A stretch of 64,000 nucleotides of DNA from assembly GCF_001949145.1 (NCBI RefSeq), contig NW_019091361.1:3559854-3623853 (forward strand). The letters are read 5' to 3'. The position numbers and the translations under genes were made by a program. This stretch comes from Acanthaster planci (taxonomy: Eukaryota). Positions 11,860 through 21,750 of this stretch are shown in pieces; position 1 is the first letter of the stretch; each line of letters starts with the position of its first letter. The notes beneath the pieces are model-generated. The model did not search any database. It had not been told where the DNA came from and saw only the letters and a program-made list of their open reading frames with translations.

Positions 11860-14067
11860 CTACCATTCAAGAGGTGTTTAGTTCCCATAACTATGGTTAC
11901 AGTGATGTGATTTATCAATCCAAGGAAGGCTGTTGCTATGGAAATACATTAGGAGCACATTTCTTAATGAGTCCCACCAATTTGGGCTCAATGAGTCCAA
12001 GCAAGAATATGTCAAACTTTGCAAGGAAATGTTCTGATGAGACGCCATGCAAAAGTCTGCAGCTTACTCCCAATATTCTTGTACTGCCCTCAAGTTCCAT
12101 GTCCTCAAAGAAACAAAACCGAGTGTTGGTTTCAATCAGATTAAACTTCAATAATCTCATTTCCGCCTTTCAGTGAGAAAAGGCCTTAAGGTTACTGATA
12201 ACAAAGGAAAGTGGCCAGGTTCTTCTTGCAGTGATAATACAGGTTGTAGGCTGCAGTAGAAAAAAAAAAGCTAGATGTTTGAAACGAACCACCTTGGCTG
12301 CTCGGCAATTTTCAGGTCATCGGTGAGGGCCTAAGGGCTGCAAGTAGACTGGAATGGTGGTGTGCAAAAGAGCTGAGAATTCAAGAAACTTTGAGGCTTT
12401 TCCCTCCAAGATTCTAGTGTGGCAGCTATGTAGCATACACCTACAGGGTGCAGTGCTTTGGCAGGAAACACTGACTTCTTTATACATGTAAAAAGAAAAC
12501 TAAGACACAACTCAAGTGAAGCATTTTCACGACGGGATTGCAAGCAAACTGCCCTGTATTATTTGGCTGGAAGACAATATAGTCTAGACGGACACATATT
12601 AGATGAAATGTGTCCTATTGTTCCTGTTTGCCAGCCTCAACATCTTCATAAAACTGATCCTAGTGATATCAACACAACTTTCCTCTGTGATTTTACTTCT
12701 CTTCTGCCGAAGCATAAATCACAGGCCCAAAGATTGCATGATTACTCTGAAAGTCTGAAATGAGACAACATACATGAGTGTGAGCCTGTCAAAGTGTCTC
12801 TGGACATCAACAATTCAAATGTAGAAGGGAGTCATCACATCTCTGCAGTGATATGCACTGTACAGTGCATGAAAACATCTGGCAGTTCTCTAAGAAGCTA
12901 CCCAAGAAAAGCTTCACCGAGCAATTCCATGCAAAACCATCCTACATTATTTTACCACAAGAAAATATTGTAAAGACTTTACAACATGGGTTTGGTTACC
13001 ACACTTATCGAAAGATGTCTAAACAGTTATTGGCCTGTTCATCCCAAAGATAAAGTTGGAAAATAACTAAACTTGCTTATTATGCTTCGACTACTGCAAA
13101 GAAACATCCCCTTCCAGATTCCTCATGAGGCAGATTTCAACTGAAAAGAAAAGTAGCTGAAAAACATTTTCTACCGAACAATTTACAGAATTAAATCAAT
13201 TAAGTAACCTACGACAGACTGTATGTGCATTTATGCTTGGAACTGATTGGATTCAAGTTTGATGCTTTATACGTGCATTTCCATGGACACACACCCTGGA
13301 GTGTTCTCTGAACTACAGCAAATTCTTTTGCCATAGAAGAATTCTGGTTTATTCTATTCTGTTTTCCATCAAGGCATAACTCGCTTGTTTTAAAACTTAA
13401 GAATTGTTCTAGCAGACTTTTGAAAAAGTATTAATGCTTGAGGAAAGTTCTAGCAAATGAGGTGAATGAAAGCAACTCTTCAAAACTTCGTTTCCATATG
13501 GTCGTAAAGAATGCCGACAGCATGCAATACAAAACAGACATTTGGGCAAGACACAATGCATGACGTCATTCCATCAGAAGAATTGAACAGAATGGCGTCC
13601 GAAACTCAGAAATCTTCGGCGTAAATTGCCTCTTTTGTCATCCCTGTTTGCATCAGTCAGGACAGCGTTTCCATCAATAATGCGCTCTGCACCTCTTGAC
13701 GTTGATACAGAAACCAGGCTTTACATGTGCATTTAAACAAGAAGGAAAAATTAACTAAAAACTGTAATTCTACTTCACACACTGATGATGCTATATAAAT
13801 TCACAAAATTACAGGGAAGCCACAGCTACCTAGAGTTCAGCCTGGAGTCCTAGCTGTTCAGATGTCTCTACCAATGGCTATATGGGGGAGGAATATACAT
13901 ATAGAATAGCAGCTCAGTCTTGAGACTCTTTACAGTCTGGGTGTTCAGGGTTCGAATCCACCATTTGTACCAGTACCATATTCACATGACCAAAGCAAGA
14001 AAGACTTTATTGGATGATGGTGTACAGTAGTTGGACCAAGTTCCTTTCACACTAGACAGTGTTTCTG
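11860..14067. repeat. Non-coding segmental duplicate (A + B + 3' flank); the B and 3' flank parts are paralogous to 18200-19504
   Basis: acatcaacaattcaaatgtagaaggg at about 12804 and 18321; ctactgcaaagaaacat and cagcaaattcttttgc are shared. Confidence 0.8.
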
Positions 14068-15298
14068 TTATTGATGGCCAATCTTGCTGCACTTTGTCTC
14101 TGTAGAGGAGATCACCTTTAGTTCCAGCAGCTCCCCTTGTGATGGTGGTTGGGAGCGATTTGGTCTTGCCATTGTCTTTTGATGAGGATCCCCTTGTGAC
14201 AGAAGCTCTGTAGCCTGTACTTGTACCTCATCTCTAAATGTGGGTTCTGGAAGCTCGCCACCCTGTACTCGCACCTGACAATTTGGTACTGATTCTGGAA
14301 GGAACTCTACAACCTGTACTCGCCTTTGATCTTTTAGTGCTGGTTCTTGGTGGGCACCTTGCTGGCCACAGCAGGAGCAGGTCACTGCCTGGATCACAGC
14401 TGATCGAAACTCGGCATTTGTCGCACTGTAAATGATGGGATCTATGCAGTTATTGATCAATTCCAAGATTCTTCCACACATACCAACATCAATGAAATCA
14501 TGGATGAGTTGAGGATATGAAGTATTGCACTTCTGTGATGAAACAGCTATTCCTGTCAGAATTATGTTGGTGAATATGACTGAATTCAAGAGGAAAAACA
14601 CAGCAGTGTTGATGATGAGCATAGAAGGTAACCTTGCCAAGATGCTGTGGACGGTGCTGTGTGGTGTGTGATCTCTGCTTTAACTTGAGCACAAGGCAGA
14701 CATACATAGTGCCAGTCACTGTAATAGTAACTATGCTTACCGATCCCATTATCACCACAAAAATGGTTAGCGGGACAACCCCACCTTGACCAAAATGTCC
14801 CAGAAGTGAAAGTACCTCAACTATTCCAACACCGACTGCTAGCATCCAAAGTCCTGCTGATACCTTGGCTGCTCTTGTTTTGCTGGCTGATGCTCTATAT
14901 GTTATTGGATGATGAACAGCTGAGAATCTCTCCACTGCTATGGCCACCACAAGCAAATAGGACACAATTCTAAGTGTATCAAACACACCTGCTATAATGA
15001 AGCTGGAGTGAGACCCACTGTAAACCTTGTTTCCCAAAAATATTCCAAAGGTCATCAGAAGATTAAGAGTATCAACCACTGCCAGATTGACTAGGTAGAC
15101 ATTGATGATAGTCCGCATGGACTTCACTCGAACAACAACAAACAGGAAGATCAAATTCAAAAGAAGGCCGACTGGTGCAAGGATCTGCACACTCAGATGG
15201 ATTATGTGATATTCTTGCAGTGAATGAGCTCTCTTATCTTCCACAAACTGATCCCAGTCATATCCACAAAAATTTTTAAAACTGCGATTGTAAGTCAT
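14068..15298 (-). pseudogene. Class A orphan GPCR, copy 2, split by a single +1 frameshift (young pseudogene or sequence error); 409 aa if repaired
   Basis: ORF 14498-15298 gives TM1-TM5 and ORF 14068-14640 gives TM6-TM7-tail. The minus strand reads AAG GTT ACC T TCT ATG versus AAG GTT ACG TCT ATG in copy 3; the extra base is at 14625/14626. Confidence 0.85.
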
Positions 15299-15560
15299 TT
15301 TAACAATGACTGTCTTGCTCAGCTATTTCACAACAGTCTACAGTCAGGATGGTGCGGCAGAAACATGTCCACCCTATTCAGCAGTCCACACTAGTAAAAA
15401 AAAAAAATGAACTTGGAAACTACTGTGTGATTCAACTGTTTACGTGAGTTGCAGAGCAAGAGACAATATTTTACACATCTGACACTTGTGTAACAATGGA
15501 GCACTTCTGACAAAACCGAAACACCAGAAACCCACAGCAAAGGCACAAGATGCATTAAAT

Positions 15561-15577
15561 CTTTCAGTTTCAGGAAT
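15561..15577 (-). promoter_or_regulatory. Same invariant 17-mer upstream of GPCR2
   Basis: ctttcagtttcaggaat. Confidence 0.45.
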
Positions 15578-16520
15578 GACTTATTCTTGCATCTTAATTT
15601 CCTTGCAGCACACATGAAACGACTGTCTTTGAAAGTCACTGTTCCTCCCATTAGAGCCACTGGTATACGGTATTTTATGAACATTATTACTGGTCACTGT
15701 CAATTAGGTTTCTAAAGCCATAACTGTAAATGTTAAAGGCCCATGAAAAGTGGTTTTTATAAGTTATAATTGAAAATTTTTAGTTTTTAAACGATATCCG
15801 AATGCCAAAGTTGCTGTTTCGATTAATAAATGCGAGAAAACTTTTTTCAAAGTTTAGGCGAAATGACCCCACCCCCGGATAGGTATCTCCTTAACATAGA
15901 AAATTGGCATATCTTTGATGTACATTTGAAAAGATGCCATTAGTGCGTGTCTTGGATAAAGATCAGAAAATTCAGTCCGATTTGCGTATCTTTTAGAGAC
16001 CATGCTGACCAGATGTGTTGCAACAGGCTACGGCAACACCTATAAAGATGAGACAAGCCTACATAACTTTCAAATTAAAGTGAAATTTAGGTGAATTTGA
16101 AGATGGGAAGTCAGGCATACAAGGGCCAAATGGTCAGCACCAACAGTGAGCTCCCAACTGTGCAGAACTCATTTGGAGCCACAGCGTTTTTTTCTGAACA
16201 TGTATGGCTCATTTGGGGTTAGATTTAAAAGATTGATGAAGCCAGCGCCATGCCCACGATCTTGGGAAATCAAAGAAAGCCCATGAGTAAGGACAAAGAG
16301 GAGCTTTCATGAAACACGAACGACAAAGGATAAGAAATGCTTCCAAATCGGCCCAGGCTATTCCACACAATATACTCGTGTGTATGTGTTGTGGTACCCC
16401 ATTTATGCATGCCGCGACACCAACACTTTATGTGGTAACCGTACCACAAGTGCACGTGCTTCTTCTGTACGAGTGGGCATTATTTTCATTGATGATGTAC
16501 ATGTACATGTATGTCCATTT

Positions 16521-17706
16521 TACTAGTGCTCAGTCAGATTATCTGTGTCTTAGTGGTGGTGTTCCTCGGGAACAAAACTTGGCCCGAATATCGACGAGAA
16601 TATAATGTTAAATCAGATGCAAACACTAGGAAATTCTCAATGTCATCATACGTACCGGTGTGTCATCTGATGTACATCGTAAGGGATTGGAGTAGTGTGT
16701 CATTTTCGACCTTGGAACGCTTCATCCAGGGGAATGAACCTGGATTTTTCCGCGTTCATTCAGAACTAAATCTGCTTGCCCTGAAGAAGGTACTCGGTTA
16801 CCGAAAGCTCGACAATCACATATTTCAGAGCACTGATTTGATATTATATTCTCGTCGATATTCTGATCGCGGTGATACGCAGCCCTTCCATAAAACTTGG
16901 CCCAATCTGTTTTCAAATCTTGATTGATTCAGCTCATAATTTTCACTCAAAAAATGGAAGTATGTAGATGACATCACCTTTGTTGAAAATCGTTCATCTT
17001 CTTGCTGAAGTCTGATCCAATGTGACCTAAATAATCTCAAAGCTTGGGCTGATAATAACAGCCTCAAGCTTAATCTTTCAAAATGTCAAGCTTTGCAGGT
17101 GTATTTTAAGAAAACGCCTCTACCGAAAGACATTTTGAGAATTGATTCTGATTCACTCCATTATGTTAACACTACGAAAATGTTGGGTGTCTGGTTTCAA
17201 AATGATTTCAAATGGAGCAACCACATAAACAACATACTTGCCAAAGCTAACAGGCAACTGTTCATGTTGAGAACTTTGAAAAGGTTCAATTTTAATGTCA
17301 ATGAACTGAGAGCAGTCTATATGGGTTACTTTCTCTCAGTGTTGGAGTACTGTGACATTGTCTGGCATTCTAGTCCATTCTAGACTTACTTGTAAACATG
17401 TAAAAGACTTGGAAATGGTTCAGAAAAGGGCTTGCATGATAATATTGGGTAAAAATATACCACTTATAACAATGCTCTCAAGGTCTAGTTGATTTGTTGG
17501 AAGATAGAGGGGCTGGCCATTGTATCAAATTTGCTGCTGAGCTTTTTCAGGACAGGAGAACAATGGATCAGTTTCTTCCTAAATGCTCAGAATGCCATGG
17601 AAATTCATTACGTAATGCAAACAAAATTTCTTCTTTTCCCGTTACTACACTGCGCTTCAAGAGAAGTCTAGTTCCATATTTTGTCAATCTTTTAAATGAC
17701 CAATGA
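16521..17706 (+). mobile_element. 5'-truncated, decayed non-LTR retrotransposon (CR1/L2-clade-like RT C-terminal part)
   Basis: Reconstructed motifs GGVPxGTKLGPICFQILI, WKYVDDITF, LKLNLSKC, KMLGVWFQNDFKWSNHI, ANRQLFMLRTLKRF, LEYCDIVWH, VQKRAC, RFKRSLVPYFVNLLN, with several stops and frameshifts. Confidence 0.9.
16586..16891. mobile_element. Inverted-repeat insertion inside the LINE RT, flanked by a 12-bp direct duplication
   Basis: 21-bp perfect inverted repeat gaatatcgacgagaatataat (16586-16606; reverse complement 16843-16863). aaaacttggccc occurs at 16574-16585 and 16892-16903. Confidence 0.8.
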
Positions 17707-19504
17707 TTCACATACCCAGACGTGAATCATGTACTACACATTTTTCCAATAAAGGAGTCTCTCCTTTAATCGCGTTCAACTGACTTGAATCTCAGAAGCC
17801 ATCCCAAGACATTAGCGATAAGTCTCAGCGGGGTCAGCTAGACGGAAGACAGAAGCTGTGTGTAATCTATCAGTGGCTCATGACGAACGCCTTCACTAAA
17901 GCTACATGTATAAAAGACTTTGGTGCATTTTTCTGCTTGTTCATCCCAAAGAAAACTTACAACCATGACCTTCTTATTTCTGACAATTTGCAAGGATTAC
18001 TTCAGCCAAACAGGTTTACTGCAGCATTTATACACACCAACCTATCAAAGGCTTGTTCTTCTACATGTACAATTATGATTGGAATTCACAAAACTGTGCA
18101 GCTAATTCTAGTTCCTAATGCTTTGTGTGCATACAAACAGTACAGGGCATTCTGCAAAAACAATACACATATATTACCTGGTATGTAGCAAGACAAAACT
18201 TGTTAATTCCATTCTATTTCCAGCCAAAACACAAATTACAGGCCCTAAAGTTGTAGGATTTCCCTTTAAGCCTTAAATATGACAATATGCTTGAATATGA
18301 TTGTGTCAGATTTTCTCTGAACATCAACAATTCAAATGTAGAAGGGTATTAAACAATCTTCTGCCAACGTTATGCACTGTGCAGTTCAGAAAAAACAACT
18401 GCACTGGCTATTATTTTGTGTGAAAGCTATCCAAGAATAGTTTCACCATGCAGTTCCATACAAATTGCATCACATTATTTGACCACAGGAAAATTCTCTC
18501 AAAACTACAATGTGGATTTGATTAACTTAACTACATGCATGTACCTATAGATTTCTGAACATTTATCTGCCTGTTTATCCCAAAGACAATTTTCACATTG
18601 AAAAATTACTGGTACGAAACTCGCTTCAACTACTGCAAAGAAACATTTGCCTCAAGATTCCACATGAAGCAGGATGCCAACTTAAACTAGCCGACAAATT
18701 TTTCTACTGACCGAACTTACATGTAGTTTCAATGTTAAATTAAACACGTCAACCTACCAGTACCAAAAATTGTGCATTATGCTTGGAATCTACAAGATTT
18801 AATTTTGATGCTTGTACACACATTTCCAAAACACTAAAGGAGTTTTTTCCAAGATCTCAGCAAATTCTTTTGCGATAGAAGAACTCTGGTTAATACCATT
18901 TTGTTTTCTACCAAAACGTGACTCATCACTGGCTTAAAAACTGAAGTACACGTATTGTTCCAGCAGAGTTTCAGTAAGATTTAAATGCTTGAGAACGATT
19001 CTGGCAAATTTCTAGTTTTGGTTGAAATGACGTTCATGAAAGCACCTTCTGACTGTTATAACCCAATGACTCCGGCAATTCTCTTACATGTGCATTAGAA
19101 GAAGATAAAGATATAACTCGAAAACTGTACTTCTGCCTCACACACTATAATAAAGCAAGTTTACAAAGGGAAGTCATAACAACCTTAAGTTAGTCAAAGC
19201 ATCAGTAGTTCGTAGTTCAGTCTAGAGTTCCTCTGTTCAGATGTCTCCACCAATGGCAAAGGGAGGTATGTACCCGTAGCACAGCGGCAAAGTCTGAGAC
19301 TAATCTGGGTGTCCAAGGTTCCAATCCACCAACATGTTGTGTGCACCATGTCCTCATGCCAGGCATTCTAATCTTCACTTCCCCACATCCATGTGACCAA
19401 AGCAAGCAAGTCTTGATTGGATGATGGCGCATTTGGACCAAGTTCCTTTCACACTGGCAGTATTTCTGTTACTGATGGCCAATCTTGCTGCACTTTGTCT
19501 CTAT

Positions 19505-20593
19505 TCAGGAGATCACCTTTAGTTCCAGAAGCTCCCCCTCAGATGGTGGTTGAGAGGGATTTGTTTTTGCCATTGCCTTGCAATGAGGAGCTCCTTGTGA
19601 CAGAAGCTCTGCAGCCTGTACTCGCATCTGATCTTTTGGTGCTGGTTCTTGGTGGGCACCTCGCTGGTCACAGCAAGGGCAGGTCACTGCCTGGATCACA
19701 GCTGATCGAAACTCGGCACTTGTCGCACTGTAAATGATGGGATCTATGCAGTTGTTGATAAATTCCAAGATTCTTCCATACTTGCCAACATCAACTAAAT
19801 CATGCTGGAGTTGAGGATATGAAGCCATGCACACATGTGACAAATGAATAATTACCCTCAGAATTACGGCGGCGATTATCAGTGAATTCGAGAAGAAAAA
19901 AACTGTGGTGTTGATGATGAGCATAGACGTAACCTTACCAATTCTCCAGTGCTGCGTAGAAGGTGATCTCTGCCTTAGCTTCAACACAAGGCAGACATAC
20001 ATAGTGCTGGTCACTGTAATAACAACTATGCTTACCGATCCCATTATCACCACAAAAATGGTTAGCGGGACAACCCCACCTTGACCAAAATGTCCCAGAA
20101 GTGAAAGTACCTCAACTATTCCAACACCGACTGCTAGCACCCAAATTCCTGCTGATACCTTGGCTGCTCTTGTTTTGCTGGCTGATGCTCTATATGTTAT
20201 TGGATGATGAACAGCTGAGAATCTCTCCACTGCTATAGCCACCACAAGCAAATAGGACACAATTCTAAGTGCATCAAAAATGCCACTTACAATGAAGCTG
20301 GTGTGAGACCCATCGTAAATCTTATTTCCCAAAAAAAGTCCAAATGTCACAAGAAGATTAAGAGTATCAACCACTGCCAGATTGACTAGGTAGACATTGA
20401 TGATAGTCCGCATGGACTTCACTCGAACAACAACAAACAGGAAGATCAAATTCAAAAGAAGGCCCACTGGTGCAAGGATTTGCACACTCAGACGGAGTGT
20501 GTAATATCGTTTCAGTCCATGAGCTACATAATCTTCCACAAACTGATCCTGGTCATATCCACACAAATCTTTGAAACTGTGATTGTAAGTCAT
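19505..20593 (-). CDS. Intronless class A orphan GPCR, copy 3 (362 aa from ATG 20593)
   Basis: Same motifs (NVYLVNLAVVD, AVERF, NNCIDPIIY). ATG at 20593 aligns with the copy-2 start (MTYNxSF). The ORF-track start at 20617 is a TTG. Confidence 0.92.
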   Translation of the reverse strand: MTYNHSFKDLCGYDQDQFVEDYVAHGLKRYYTLRLSVQILAPVGLLLNLIFLFVVVRVKSMRTIINVYLVNLAVVDTLNLLVTFGLFLGNKIYDGSHTSFIVSGIFDALRIVSYLLVVAIAVERFSAVHHPITYRASASKTRAAKVSAGIWVLAVGVGIVEVLSLLGHFGQGGVVPLTIFVVIMGSVSIVVITVTSTMYVCLVLKLRQRSPSTQHWRIGKVTSMLIINTTVFFFSNSLIIAAVILRVIIHLSHVCMASYPQLQHDLVDVGKYGRILEFINNCIDPIIYSATSAEFRSAVIQAVTCPCCDQRGAHQEPAPKDQMRVQAAELLSQGAPHCKAMAKTNPSQPPSEGELLELKVIS

Positions 20594-20843
20594 TTTGACA
20601 AAGACAGTATTGCTCAACTACTAGAACTGTCTACATGCAGGATAGCAGAAACATGTCTGCACCTCTTAGCAGTCCATGTTAATAAGACAAAAACCAAATT
20701 TGATTACTAATGTGAGACTGTGATTGTAACTGCTTCCACGAGTTCCGTGAAAGTGACAATTTTTCATGTGACTATCATTTGCTAACGTGGAGTGATTTTG
20801 ACAATGCCTGAAACATGAGAAACCCACTGCAAAGGAAAGACGC

Positions 20844-20860
20844 CTTTCAGTTTCAGGAAT
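20844..20860 (-). promoter_or_regulatory. Same invariant 17-mer upstream of GPCR3
   Basis: ctttcagtttcaggaat. Confidence 0.45.
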
Positions 20861-21061
20861 GGCTAATTCTCGCATCTTAATGTCCTTGCAGCAAACCCAA
20901 ACTGCTGTCCTTGGCAGTCATGGTTTTTCTCATCAGCACTAAAGAGACTTTATGAGCATTTTAATTAGGTTTCTGAAACCCAAGTGTAAAATGTAGAACA
21001 CTGGTATCTGCCACTTTGCAGCCATCAGGTATCCAGAGGCTCGTGTTGCACACCAGCTAGA

Positions 21062-21258
21062 CAATGTTGTATTTGAAACCAATTACTCGTAAGACTTTCA
21101 CAAGACCAACTCAAGACCTCCTGTCTGAATTCAAGTCACAAGCTATTCAAGGGAACTGCAACAAAAGCATTCCTTTGTCATTGTTCATCCAGTTGCTTGT
21201 GACTAGTCTTGTATCTAGTCTTCTGTCTGGTCTTGTGGTGGTCTCAACTACAACACTG
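21062..21258. mobile_element. hAT-like MITE with 8-bp target-site duplication
   Basis: TIRs caatgttgtatttgaaacca versus reverse complement cagtgttgtagttgagacca. Flanks cagctaga (21054-21061) and ctgctaga (21259-21266) match 7/8. Confidence 0.75.
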
Positions 21259-21282
21259 CTGCTAGATACACCACAGAATATA

Positions 21283-21750
21283 CCCAGCTAGAAATGAGAC
21301 TGAGGGGTACCCCCCAACATATCCAATTCCTATNNNNNNNNNNNNNNNNNNNNNNNNNNNNNNNNNNNNNNNNNNNNNNNNNNNNNNNNNNNNNNNNNNN
21401 NNNNNNNNNNNNNNNNNNNNNNNNNNNNNNNNNNNNNNNNNNNNNNNNNNNNNNNNNNNNNNNNNNNNNNNNNNNNNNNNNNNNNNNNNNNNNNNNNNNN
21501 NNNNNNNNNNNNNNNNNNNNNNNNNNNNNNNNNNNNNNNNNNNNNNNNNNNNNNNNNNNNNNNNNNNNNNNNNNNNNNNNNNNNNNNNNNNNNNNNNNNN
21601 NNNNNNNNNNNNNNNNNNNNNNNNNNNNNNNNNNNNNNNNNNNNNNNNNNNNNNNNNNNNNNNNNNNNNNNNNNNNNNNNNNNNNNNNNNNNNNNNNNNN
21701 NNNNNNNNNNNNNNNNNNNNNNNNNNNNNNNNNNNNNATTTCTTGCTGGG
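21283..21750. mobile_element. TIR element spanning the first assembly gap
   Basis: cccagctagaaat at 21283 and atttcttgctggg ending at 21750 are inverted repeats, each flanked by TATA. Confidence 0.65.
21334..21737. other. Assembly gap (N run)
   Basis: Run of n. Confidence 1.

Noticed and set aside
15733..16300. Possible TTAAAGG-start DNA transposon
   Set aside because: No matching right terminus identified.
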